Part shown: positions 49,571-59,345 of the stretch, piece after piece
Layout of the letters: every line of letters starts with the position of its first letter
How positions within the stretch are numbered: the first letter of the stretch is position 1
Assembly: GCA_964596355.1 (NCBI GenBank)
Contig: CAZQTD010000002.1
Span: forward strand, 24,929 to 88,928
Reading direction: 5' to 3'
DNA length: 64,000 nucleotides
Origin: an uncultured Gammaproteobacteria bacterium
GTDB lineage: Bacteria > Patescibacteriota > Microgenomatia > UBA10105 > UBA927
Program-made: the position numbers and the translations under genes
Notes under the pieces: generated by a model
What the model was told of the DNA's origin: nothing
Seen by the model: only the letters and a program-made list of their open reading frames with translations
Database searches by the model: none

Positions 49571-51219
49571 AAAAGATCGCAGCGGGAAGCATTCTAGTCA
49601 TTATTCTTTCGGTATGGGCAATCCGTCCAATTGCGATGCCGGGTTTTTTCCCGATGCATGACGACACCCAAGTCGGGCGCGTCATTGCCATGGGCAGAGC
49701 GCTTCGTCTGGGGCAATTCCCGGTTCGCTGGGTGCTGGATTTGGGATATGGGTACGGATATCCTATTTTTAATTTTTACGGTCCGCTCCCATACTATTTT
49801 GGAGGCGCGCTTTATGCGTTGGGTGTTCCGGGGCTTATTGCAACCAAGGCCATGTTTATCGCAGGAGTCGTTGGCGCGGGGATTGCTATGTTTGGCGCGT
49901 CTTCGGCGTTTTTGGGAGTAACCGGCGCTCTTGTTGCTGCTATTTTTTATGTGTATGCACCTTATCACGCGGTTCAAGTTTACGTGCGAGGAGCTGTCGG
50001 AGAATTTTGGTTCCTTATATTTCTACCGATCATTCTATCGGGCATAGCGAAACGCCGCGTTCTGGTTACCGGTTTGGGGCTTGCCGGAGCAATACTTTCC
50101 CATACGGTGTTAGGATATGCGACAACGCTTATGTATGTTCTCGGTGTGATGTTCGCTGCCATTGTCGCGCGCAGGGGGAGCACCGTTGACGCCGGCAGCG
50201 TGTGGCGTCTGTTGACTGCGCTTGCCCTTGCGCTGGGCGGTACTGCGTTCTTTTGGCTTCCTGCGGCAGCCGAGATGCGCTTCACAAGTGTCGTGGGCCA
50301 GGTGGGGAAGACCGCAAACTTTTCTGATCATTTTGTCTGCTTGCCGCAGTTGTGGGATTCTTTGTGGGGGTACGGCGGGTCGGCAATCGGGTGCGTTGAC
50401 GGGCTTTCGTTTAAACTTGGCAAGCTCCACAGTGTGCTGTCGCTGATAGCGGTAGCGTTGTGGTTTATTTTTGGGAGAATGCGGCATACAACGAGTTCGC
50501 GCCTCGTTTATGTATCAATGGTTGTTGCCATGATTGGTATGTTTTTTGTGCTTTCTGTAAGCGAGCCGGTATGGATGCTTATGCCTGGCTTTGCCTACAT
50601 TCAATACCCGTGGAGATTTCTAACCTACGCCATTGCTGCCGCGTCGCTTCTCGTTGGCAGCCTTTGCATCTATATAAAGCACCGCTTGATCAAGTGGGCT
50701 ACGGCAACAGTACTTTGTATATCGGTCATAGCGCTGCAGCAAAAAGTTTTCGTGCCCCAATATATCTACAGCAGAAATTTGAACGCGTTTGAATCCGATA
50801 CGTATCTTCGGTATGAGGTGTCAAAAATATCCGACGAATATTTGCCACGTGACATTATTCGGCCGAAAAGCGAGAAGCAGGTTATCCGTGATACAATACG
50901 CGGACCGGATACATCGCGGGTTAAAATTGAGAGGGATACGGATACATCGCTTCGATTTTCGATAATAACCGACAACCCGCAGGTCGTTGAGGTCATGCGG
51001 ACATATTTTCCCGGGTGGCGATATAGGGTGAATGGCAAATACGTGGAACCTATGCTGTCACACGGATTGCCGCGTCTTGCGGTCCCTGCTGGATATAGCG
51101 TGATTGAAATAGACTTTGTCGATACACCGGTTAGAACAATTGGGAACGCCGTGTCTGTCCTGACAGCGGCAGTTCTTATTACCATTTATGGGAAAAAAGC
51201 AAAAAAACCCATCACTTAA
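49567..51219 (+). CDS. GT-C-like membrane protein (PTPS-related/YfhO-like), paralog of the upstream gene
   Basis: MHDDTQ, GQFPVRW, GYGYP, RGAVGE, FFWLPA, QYPWR, YFPGW. Confidence 0.75.
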   Translation: MKKIAAGSILVIILSVWAIRPIAMPGFFPMHDDTQVGRVIAMGRALRLGQFPVRWVLDLGYGYGYPIFNFYGPLPYYFGGALYALGVPGLIATKAMFIAGVVGAGIAMFGASSAFLGVTGALVAAIFYVYAPYHAVQVYVRGAVGEFWFLIFLPIILSGIAKRRVLVTGLGLAGAILSHTVLGYATTLMYVLGVMFAAIVARRGSTVDAGSVWRLLTALALALGGTAFFWLPAAAEMRFTSVVGQVGKTANFSDHFVCLPQLWDSLWGYGGSAIGCVDGLSFKLGKLHSVLSLIAVALWFIFGRMRHTTSSRLVYVSMVVAMIGMFFVLSVSEPVWMLMPGFAYIQYPWRFLTYAIAAASLLVGSLCIYIKHRLIKWATATVLCISVIALQQKVFVPQYIYSRNLNAFESDTYLRYEVSKISDEYLPRDIIRPKSEKQVIRDTIRGPDTSRVKIERDTDTSLRFSIITDNPQVVEVMRTYFPGWRYRVNGKYVEPMLSHGLPRLAVPAGYSVIEIDFVDTPVRTIGNAVSVLTAAVLITIYGKKAKKPIT

Positions 51220-51925
51220 TGTTGTCATCCCTGTATACAACGAGGAAGCGGAGCTTGAAAAAAGCGTTAGAACGCTTCACAGATACCTTAGCAATCACTT
51301 GACTGATTTTGACTGGAGGATAATGATCGCTGATAACGCCTCGACGGATTTGACGCTTGCGATCGCCAAGCGCGTAAGCCGCACGCTTTCGCGGACTGGT
51401 GCCATTCATTTGAAAGAAAAGGGCAGAGGTCGTGCGGTGAAGCGCGTCTGGTGCACTGCCGACAGCGATATTTGCGCCTACATGGATGTAGATCTTTCCA
51501 CCGATCTTAAGCACTTTCCGCCGCTTGTCAGAAGCCTTCTTCGGGGGTATGACATTGCAATCGGCACACGAAACGCGCGCGGATCCCGCGTCTATGGTAG
51601 AGGGTTGTTGCGCACGCTGACGTCAAAAATATACATCGCTCTCATCAAATTGTTCTTTTGGGTAAACTTTAGCGACGCGCAGTGTGGATTTAAAGCCGTC
51701 ACCAGAAGAGTCGTGAAAGAAGTAATTCCTAAAATACACGACAACGGATGGTTTTTTGACTCCGAGCTTTTAATCGTGGCAGAAAAAAGCGGGTACAGAA
51801 TATATGAAGAGCCTGTTACCTGGACAGACAATCCCGGATCCACGGTGCGCGTCCTTAAAACCGCACAGGGAGACATAGAAGGGTTATATAGACTCTATAT
51901 TACTCGCCCGTGGAGACGTAAGTAG
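51188..51925 (+). CDS. GT2 polyprenol-phosphate glycosyltransferase
   Basis: IPVYNEE, DNASTD, YMDVDLSTD, DAQCGFK, WFFDSE. Confidence 0.88.
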   Translation: MGKKQKNPSLNVVIPVYNEEAELEKSVRTLHRYLSNHLTDFDWRIMIADNASTDLTLAIAKRVSRTLSRTGAIHLKEKGRGRAVKRVWCTADSDICAYMDVDLSTDLKHFPPLVRSLLRGYDIAIGTRNARGSRVYGRGLLRTLTSKIYIALIKLFFWVNFSDAQCGFKAVTRRVVKEVIPKIHDNGWFFDSELLIVAEKSGYRIYEEPVTWTDNPGSTVRVLKTAQGDIEGLYRLYITRPWRRK

Positions 51926-51926
51926 C

Positions 51927-53372
51927 ATGCAAGACATTGATATTGCTCTTGTCAAGAAGCGGTCAATTAAAGGAATTATCGCGCTGACGTCTCGGACGTT
52001 TTTTCTTCAGATCATCGCATTTAGCGCGACATTTCTTTTGACGATTTTTTTAAGCCCGCAGGTTTTTGGAATTTTTTACGTCGTAAGCGCAATCATTGCG
52101 TTTTTAGGGTACTTTTCCGATGTGGGTCTGGCCGCTGCTCTCATTCAGAAAAAGGAACAGCTCACAAAAGATGATTTAACTACGACGTTTACGATTCAGC
52201 AGATATTGGTGGGGAGCGTGGTCGTTATTGCCTTTGTTGCTTCCGGTACTGTCGGGAGATTCTATGGGCTCGATACTTCCGGCGTTTGGCTTTTCCGCGC
52301 GCTGGTTGCCGCGTTTTTTCTCTCGTCACTTAAGACCATTCCTTCTGTGCTTTTGGAGCGCGGGCTAGAGTTTAATAAACTTATCATCCCAAATATCCTT
52401 GAGACTATTGGGTTTTATGTCGTTGCGGTTCTTTTGGCATGGAGAGGATTTGGAGTGGCAAGTTTTACGTGGGCAGTTATGACGCGTGCGGTCGTCGGAT
52501 TGATTGCTATGTATGTGGTATCGCCATGGCGTGTGACATTGGGTCTTAAACGAAGCGTTGCAAAAAAATTATTACGATTTGGACTGCCGTTTCAACTTAA
52601 CTCATTTCTCGCGCTTCTTAAGGACGATCTTTTGACAGTATTTTTGGGCAAGATTCTCACGTTCAGTGAAGTAGGATATATTGGCTGGGCTAAAAAATGG
52701 GCGGAAGTGCCGCTGCGGCTGATCATGGACAGCGTCATCCGCGTGACGTTTCCGGCGTTTTCCAGACTGCAGGAGTCCAAAGCTCTGCTTGGCCGCGCCA
52801 TAGAAAAAACACTCTTCGGTGTGTCAGTAGCCATGATGCCGGTTTCCATAGGGTTGTTGTTTTTCATGCGGCCGTTTATCGCGGTAATTCCTCGTTATGG
52901 CAAATGGGAGCCTGCGGTGCTGTCGTTCTATTTTCTTGCCTTCGCCTCGGTTGTCGCGAGCCTTTCCACACCGTTGACTAACGCGCTAAATGCAGTCGGG
53001 AAGATTCGATTGACGCTTCTTCTTATGGCCATGTGGACGGTAATGACATGGATTCTGGTTACTGTTTTCGTTCGATTGTTCGGTTTTACCGGCGTCTCTG
53101 TTGCGCTATTTGCTGTTACGCTGACGATTGGATTGGTGGTGAGTCTGGCAAAGAGAATCGCGGATTTTTCTTTTTTGGCAAGTGTACGAAATCCGGTTTT
53201 CGGCGGTCTCGTCCAAGCGGCCCTTTATGGTGCTTTTATTGAAGCAATTCCACAGAAACTCCCCTGGCTGATACTGCTTGCTGCCAGCGGTGTTATACTG
53301 TATATGGGAATTGTATGGTTAATCGATAAGGACCGTATTAACAGCCTTATCGGAGATTTTTGGCACCGATGA
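51927..53372 (+). CDS. wzx: Wzx-type oligosaccharide flippase
   Basis: Many TM, DVGLAAALIQ, VTFPAFSRLQ. Confidence 0.85.
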   Translation: MQDIDIALVKKRSIKGIIALTSRTFFLQIIAFSATFLLTIFLSPQVFGIFYVVSAIIAFLGYFSDVGLAAALIQKKEQLTKDDLTTTFTIQQILVGSVVVIAFVASGTVGRFYGLDTSGVWLFRALVAAFFLSSLKTIPSVLLERGLEFNKLIIPNILETIGFYVVAVLLAWRGFGVASFTWAVMTRAVVGLIAMYVVSPWRVTLGLKRSVAKKLLRFGLPFQLNSFLALLKDDLLTVFLGKILTFSEVGYIGWAKKWAEVPLRLIMDSVIRVTFPAFSRLQESKALLGRAIEKTLFGVSVAMMPVSIGLLFFMRPFIAVIPRYGKWEPAVLSFYFLAFASVVASLSTPLTNALNAVGKIRLTLLLMAMWTVMTWILVTVFVRLFGFTGVSVALFAVTLTIGLVVSLAKRIADFSFLASVRNPVFGGLVQAALYGAFIEAIPQKLPWLILLAASGVILYMGIVWLIDKDRINSLIGDFWHR

Positions 53373-54277
53373 ATTCCATCAGCGTTGTCATTTCCGCTTA
53401 CAACGAAGAGGCAAAACTGCCCGGCTGCTTACGTTCTGTTTCGTGGGCAGATGAGATTATTGTGGTTGACAACGAATCGACGGACGGGACCGCTGGCGTG
53501 GCAAAACGAGCCGGTGCGGCAGTGTATCGCTGCAAAAACAACCCAATGCTTAATGTAAATAAAAATTATGGATTCAACAAAGCAAGCGGCGACTGGATTT
53601 TGAACCTCGATGCTGACGAAGAAATCCCCAAGGAGCTTGCCCGGGAAATCCGTCATGCCATAGCGGCGCCCAATAACATCATGGGATTCTGGATTCGGAG
53701 AAAAAACATCATATTCGGCAAATGGATTAGTCACGGACTGTGGTGGCCGGACAGGCAAATGAGGCTGTTTCGAAGAGGGCGCGGCGCGTTTCCGTGCAAG
53801 CACGTGCATGAATATATCGAAGTTGAAGGTCGAACAGGGGAACTGGCGCATCCGTTTGTACACTATAACTATGATACGATTTCACAGTTCATCCGCAAAA
53901 TGGACGCAATTTATACAGAAAATGAAGTTCAGCGGCTGATTGATTCAGGGCACCGTCTCTTTTGGTTTGACGCGATACGGTTTCCGCTGTCTGATTTTGC
54001 CAAAATTTATTTCGCGCAGGAAGCGTATAAAGACGGACTGCATGGGCTAATTATCAGCATTCTACAGTCCTTTTATTCATTTGTGGTGTTCGCTAAATTA
54101 TGGGAGCGCAAACGCTTTGAAGAGCGAACCATTACACTTTCGTCCGTTAATAAAGAATTGAACCATGCACAAAAAGAACTGATGTACTGGTCGCTTACCT
54201 CGCAATTGAAAAACACACCGTCGCGTATCCAGCGGCTATGGGTAAGAATTCTTCGTTGGGTTGTTACTCGCTTATGA
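53369..54277 (+). CDS. GT2 glycosyltransferase
   Basis: AYNEE, DNESTD, LDADE, HVHE. Confidence 0.88.
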   Translation: MNSISVVISAYNEEAKLPGCLRSVSWADEIIVVDNESTDGTAGVAKRAGAAVYRCKNNPMLNVNKNYGFNKASGDWILNLDADEEIPKELAREIRHAIAAPNNIMGFWIRRKNIIFGKWISHGLWWPDRQMRLFRRGRGAFPCKHVHEYIEVEGRTGELAHPFVHYNYDTISQFIRKMDAIYTENEVQRLIDSGHRLFWFDAIRFPLSDFAKIYFAQEAYKDGLHGLIISILQSFYSFVVFAKLWERKRFEERTITLSSVNKELNHAQKELMYWSLTSQLKNTPSRIQRLWVRILRWVVTRL

Positions 54278-54278
54278 T

Positions 54279-55238
54279 ATGAAAGCCGTAAGTATCGTCA
54301 TCGTCAATTGGAATGGCAAAGAACACATCATTCCTTGTCTTTCATCCGTTGTCAAGATGAAAACATCCAATTGGGCGGTCAATATTATTGTGGTTGATAA
54401 TGCCTCGATCGACGGTTCTGTGGGCGCGATTCGCAAACGATTTCCCTGCGTCACTGTTATTGAGCTTCCGACGAATCAAGGATTTAGCGGGGGAAATAAC
54501 GTAGGCATCCAATTTGCGTGCACACGCACGTGCGACTATATCTGGCTTCTTAATAACGACACCACCGTTCATCCGTCGGCACTGCGCGAGCTAATAAACG
54601 CGTTTAATGATAAACGCGTCGGTATTGCAGGATCTAAAATATATTTTTCCCCTGGGCGGGAATATCATAATTCGCGCTATACATCCGCGCAAAAAGGCAA
54701 GGTGCTCTGGTACGCGGGCGGGCGCATTGACTGGGCGAATGTGTACGCATCCCATAGGGGCGTTGATGAGGTTGATTGCGGACAGTACGATACGCCGCAA
54801 GACACAGATTTCGTGACAGGGTGCTCTATGTGCATTCGTAGAAACGTGATAGACCGGATCGGATTATTTGACGAGAGATATTATTTGTATCTTGAAGATC
54901 TGGATTATTGCATGAGGGCGAAAAACGCCGGCTTTCGTCTTGTGTACGCGCCTGATTCTGTTGTCTGGCATGCCAATGCGGCATCAACTGCCAAGCCCGG
55001 GAATTCCCTCCATCAGTATTACATGACGCGAAACAGATTGCTTTTCGGAATGACGTACGCATCGACTCGCACAAAGGTTGCGCTTTTTTGTGAAGCGGTA
55101 AGGCAGGTGGTGTCTGGATCAGTTATTCAAAAAAGGGCAGTTTTAGATTATGCATTTGGAAAATTTGGGAATAGATTCGTATGGAAGTATGCTAAACAGG
55201 CTGTATCAGTCAGCCGGCGGACAGATAGAAACAGATAA
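54279..55238 (+). CDS. GT2 glycosyltransferase (rhamnosyltransferase-like)
   Basis: VNWN, DNASID, GFSGGNN, LLNND, YLEDLD. Confidence 0.88.
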   Translation: MKAVSIVIVNWNGKEHIIPCLSSVVKMKTSNWAVNIIVVDNASIDGSVGAIRKRFPCVTVIELPTNQGFSGGNNVGIQFACTRTCDYIWLLNNDTTVHPSALRELINAFNDKRVGIAGSKIYFSPGREYHNSRYTSAQKGKVLWYAGGRIDWANVYASHRGVDEVDCGQYDTPQDTDFVTGCSMCIRRNVIDRIGLFDERYYLYLEDLDYCMRAKNAGFRLVYAPDSVVWHANAASTAKPGNSLHQYYMTRNRLLFGMTYASTRTKVALFCEAVRQVVSGSVIQKRAVLDYAFGKFGNRFVWKYAKQAVSVSRRTDRNR

Positions 55239-55245
55239 TCTGATT

Positions 55246-56025
55246 ATGAAGGGAACAACAAAACCGGCGGTCACAGCAGTTGTGATTGCTAAAAACGAGG
55301 AACCCCGCATTACAGAATGCTTGAAGCGGCTCGCATGGACGGATGAACGGATCGTCATCGATAATGGATCGACAGACAGGACAATAACGCTTGCCAAACG
55401 ACAGCGAGCCCGCGTGGTACGGATCAAAGAACGAAATTTCTCACTTCTTCGGAACAGAGGCAAGAGGGAAGCGCACTCGTCATGGATTCTCTACGTGGAT
55501 GCGGACGAATGGGTTACTGACGACCTCCAAGAAGAAATTCTCAAAACCGTTTCCAACTACAAGCCGGGAGCTCCGATTGCATATTACATACAGCGCAAAA
55601 ATTACTATCTGGGCGCGCTTTGGCCAACGAAGGATAAAATGCAGCGATTGTTTCTTAAATCTGCACTTTGTGGTTGGAAAGGAATCGTTCATGAAACAGC
55701 AGAGGTTGTTGGAGAGACAGGAGTGTTGAAAGAACCCTTGGTGCACAGGACCCACAGGACATTAGAAGAAATGGTTGCAAAAACCAATGAATGGTCGCAG
55801 ATGGAAGCAGAGCTTCGGTTCGCTTCCGGCCATCCGCCGGTGGTATGGTGGCGTTTGATACGAGTCATAATGACAGGATTTTATCGGTCTTTTATTGGTG
55901 AAGACGGTTGGAAAGCAGGTACCATTGGCTGGATAGAAAGCATTTATCAGGCGTTCAGCATGTTTATCACGTACGCTAAGCTGTGGGAGTTACAAAAAGC
56001 GAGGGGAAAAACCATTGAAGGATGA
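55246..56025 (+). CDS. GT2 glycosyltransferase
   Basis: AKNEE, DNGSTD, VDADE, VHE. Confidence 0.88.
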   Translation: MKGTTKPAVTAVVIAKNEEPRITECLKRLAWTDERIVIDNGSTDRTITLAKRQRARVVRIKERNFSLLRNRGKREAHSSWILYVDADEWVTDDLQEEILKTVSNYKPGAPIAYYIQRKNYYLGALWPTKDKMQRLFLKSALCGWKGIVHETAEVVGETGVLKEPLVHRTHRTLEEMVAKTNEWSQMEAELRFASGHPPVVWWRLIRVIMTGFYRSFIGEDGWKAGTIGWIESIYQAFSMFITYAKLWELQKARGKTIEG

Positions 56026-56026
56026 C

Positions 56027-58342
56027 ATGAATAGTGTGCGAAAGAACTTGTGGTCGATTCTTTTGATCGTCGCGGTGTGGCTTATATTTTCTTCACCGTA
56101 CATTTTGAAAGGCCTTGTTCCGTTTCCGTCGACGTATTTGGTTACCTTTTTTCCGCCGTGGAGCGCAACGTACGGAATGCCGGTCAAAAACTCCGCGATG
56201 CCGGACGTCATTACACAAATCTATCCATGGAAGACATTGACCATCGAACGCTGGAAAGCCGGACAAATCCCCCTATGGAACCCGTATAGTTTTTCCGGGA
56301 CTGCTCACGCCGCCAACTACCAAACCGCCGTGTTTTCACCGGTGCAAGCGTTATTTTTTTTACTTCCTTTTATAGATGCGTGGAGCATTATGATTCTCAT
56401 TCAGCCCCTTCTTGCCGGGATATTCATGTATGTATTGTTGCGAAGTTTCAATCGATCGGGCGCAGCGAGTGTTATCGGAAGTCTTGCATTTATGTTTTGC
56501 GGGTTCATGGTTACATGGATGGCATATGGAACGCTTGGCTACGCTGCGCTTTGGCTGCCGCTTATTTTCTACGCAATTCATAGCGGGTGGGAAAGACCCA
56601 CTGTCTGGAAATACGCTATGGTTAGTATCGGTCTTGCATTATCCTTTCTTTCGGGCCACTTTCAGATAAGCCTTTATGTTTCGCTACTATCTTGCGGTTA
56701 CATCGCTTATCGAATACTTCGGACAAAGGAATATGCGACGGGTCTAAGATTTGCCCTGTTTTTTCTGCTTGGCCTCCTCATTGCAGCGCCCCAATTATTA
56801 TTGAGTTTTGATGCATATACCAAGTCGGTCAGGATGACGAATTATGTCAAGGCAGAGATCATTCCTTGGGAGTATCTTATTACGCTTCTTGCGCCTGATT
56901 TTTACGGCAATCCGGTCACCCGCAACGACTGGTTTGGACATTACGCGGAATGGGCAGGGTATATAGGCGTAGCTCCGCTTCTTTTGGCTTTGTTTTCTGT
57001 ATCCAAAAAAAGAAAACAAGATGAATGGTTTTTTATACTCTGCAGTGGTGCCGCCTTGCTGTTGGCGTTGCCGACTCCATTTACCGATTTTCTTTTCATG
57101 ATAAAACTTCCTGTACTGTCAACAAGCGCCGCATCAAGAATTATTATTCTTGTCAGTTTCAGCCTCGCGACGCTATCGGCATATGGCTTTGACCATTTGA
57201 ACGAAAGATGGAAAAAATGCACGCTTCTGCCGGTTTTTCGGTTTATACTTTTTGTATTGATTATCGTTGGGGGCATATGGATATACATGGTCGTCGCCCG
57301 TCCGCTCCCTGCGGATAAGCTAGCGATCGCCAAACGAAATTTTATCCTCCCCACAGCGTTGACCGTCGCGTCGCTTGCCATATTCATCGCGGGTTTTGTG
57401 AAGAAGGCTGGCATGTCGCTTCTTGCGCCGTTTCTTCTGTGTCTGGTTGTTGCGTTTGACGTCAGTAGATTTGCGACAAAATGGATGCCGTTTGACCCAA
57501 AAGAATATATGTACCCAAAGGAAAAATCTCTTCAATTCCTTGAGTCTCATGCAGGATATGACCGAGTGTTTGGAAATATCGGGAATGAAGTGGCATCGAT
57601 GTTTCATCTGTCTGTTGTGGAAGGGTATGACGCGATGTATCAGGGGAGATATGCTGAATTTATCAACGCGGCATCCAAAGGGAAGGTCATTGAAGGTGAT
57701 CGGTCTGTGGTTCAATTTGATAAACATGGACTCTATAAAAAGGAAGCGCTGCAGCTTTTGGGTGTTCGGTATATATACCACAGGGTGAGGGACGGCAGGG
57801 CGCCATGGGTATTTCCATACTGGGAATACGGCGCCATGCGGCAGGTATATAACGATTCTGTTTATTGGATTTACGAATATACCGACGCCTATCCGCGGGC
57901 GTTTTTAGCGTCATCATACACGGTAGCAGTTGATAAGCAGGATATCATTGATGCGCTGTTTGCACCGGAGTTTGACCGCAGGGACACGCTTGTTCTTGAG
58001 GAAACTCCTCATTTGGAGCCTCAACCCGGACCGGGACAAGCCACGATACGGTCATATACCCCCAACGAGGTGATAATAGAGACGGAATCTTCCGTGCCGA
58101 AATTGCTGTTTTTATCTGACGTCTTTGACTCCGGCTGGAAGGCGTATATCGACGGAACGGCGTCACATCTGTATCGAGCGGATTATGATTTTCGTGCGGT
58201 TGCCGTGCCGGCGGGCAGTCACACGGTCCGATTTGTCTACTCCCCAACCTCTTTACGTATTGGAATACTGCTTTTTAGTATCGCGCTTGCAGGTATAATC
58301 GGATTACTTGGTAAAACAATCTATGAACATCGGGTTATATAG
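56027..58342 (+). CDS. YfhO family GT-C-like membrane protein
   Basis: PDVITQ, PLWNPYSFSG, GHFQ, YPRAF, GWKAYIDG, VPAGSH. Confidence 0.82.
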   Translation: MNSVRKNLWSILLIVAVWLIFSSPYILKGLVPFPSTYLVTFFPPWSATYGMPVKNSAMPDVITQIYPWKTLTIERWKAGQIPLWNPYSFSGTAHAANYQTAVFSPVQALFFLLPFIDAWSIMILIQPLLAGIFMYVLLRSFNRSGAASVIGSLAFMFCGFMVTWMAYGTLGYAALWLPLIFYAIHSGWERPTVWKYAMVSIGLALSFLSGHFQISLYVSLLSCGYIAYRILRTKEYATGLRFALFFLLGLLIAAPQLLLSFDAYTKSVRMTNYVKAEIIPWEYLITLLAPDFYGNPVTRNDWFGHYAEWAGYIGVAPLLLALFSVSKKRKQDEWFFILCSGAALLLALPTPFTDFLFMIKLPVLSTSAASRIIILVSFSLATLSAYGFDHLNERWKKCTLLPVFRFILFVLIIVGGIWIYMVVARPLPADKLAIAKRNFILPTALTVASLAIFIAGFVKKAGMSLLAPFLLCLVVAFDVSRFATKWMPFDPKEYMYPKEKSLQFLESHAGYDRVFGNIGNEVASMFHLSVVEGYDAMYQGRYAEFINAASKGKVIEGDRSVVQFDKHGLYKKEALQLLGVRYIYHRVRDGRAPWVFPYWEYGAMRQVYNDSVYWIYEYTDAYPRAFLASSYTVAVDKQDIIDALFAPEFDRRDTLVLEETPHLEPQPGPGQATIRSYTPNEVIIETESSVPKLLFLSDVFDSGWKAYIDGTASHLYRADYDFRAVAVPAGSHTVRFVYSPTSLRIGILLFSIALAGIIGLLGKTIYEHRVI

Positions 58343-59345
58343 TCCGTATTTGGATTCGTTAAGCGGTGGTGAGCGGTATGTATTGACCATCGCGTCTCAC
58401 TGGTCGAAAACTCATACCGTGTCGATTTTTTGGAATGATCCTGCAATCACAACGATTGCAGGCAAGCGCTTTAATGTGGATTTAAGAACTGTTGCCGTCA
58501 AGCCCAATATATTTGTGCGAGGAAACTACTTCGGGAAATTGATTGAATCTCGCCGGTATGACTGCATCGTTTTTTTAAGCGACGGCAGCATTCCAATAAG
58601 TTTTGCGCGGAGAAATATTTTGCATTTTCAAGTTCCGTTTCAGCGCGTATTGTTTCCGCCGTGGAAGCGTGCGCTGTATAAACATATTGTATGCAATTCT
58701 CGCTTTACGAAAGACCATATCGATCCTGCTATTGGATCTCGTGCCCGCGTGATTTATCCACCGGTAGATGTGGAGCCTCAAAAGACGGTAAAAAAAGAAC
58801 CCATCATTTTGTCTGTGGGGAGGTTTTCTGAACTTAAAAATCAACGGGTGCTCATATCGGCTTTCAAGGAAGGGTACACGGCAGGCCGTTTTCCCAGGTG
58901 GAAGCTGGTTATGGCTGGGGGACTGCTGCCCAGTGATAGGAAGTATTACGAATCCTTGCGCCTGCAGGCGAGGCAATTGCCCGTCACATTTTATCCGAAC
59001 ATTGCGTACGAAGATCTTTGGAAGCTTTACGCAACGTCTGCGATTTTTTGGCATGCTGCTGGTTTCGGGCAAACGAAGCCGGAAAATATGGAGCACTTCG
59101 GCATTACGACGGTGGAAGCTATGGCAGCCGGCTGCATCCCGGTCGTTGTAAGTGCCGGAGGATTGAAAGAGATCGTGACGCATGGCAAAGACGGGTATCT
59201 GTGGAAAAATCCCAAGGAGCTCATTGAGTATTCGCTTGCCGCAATGACAGGAGAAAAGGCGGCTTTCCAAAAGAGAGCACAAACAAGAGCGTTAGATTTT
59301 AACGTTATGAAGTTTTGCCAGTCTTTTGACAGACTCCTTGTATGA
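58323..59345 (+). CDS. GT4 glycosyltransferase
   Basis: GGERY, NSRFT, SVGRF, EHFGITTVEAMAAG. Confidence 0.9.
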   Translation: MNIGLYSPYLDSLSGGERYVLTIASHWSKTHTVSIFWNDPAITTIAGKRFNVDLRTVAVKPNIFVRGNYFGKLIESRRYDCIVFLSDGSIPISFARRNILHFQVPFQRVLFPPWKRALYKHIVCNSRFTKDHIDPAIGSRARVIYPPVDVEPQKTVKKEPIILSVGRFSELKNQRVLISAFKEGYTAGRFPRWKLVMAGGLLPSDRKYYESLRLQARQLPVTFYPNIAYEDLWKLYATSAIFWHAAGFGQTKPENMEHFGITTVEAMAAGCIPVVVSAGGLKEIVTHGKDGYLWKNPKELIEYSLAAMTGEKAAFQKRAQTRALDFNVMKFCQSFDRLLV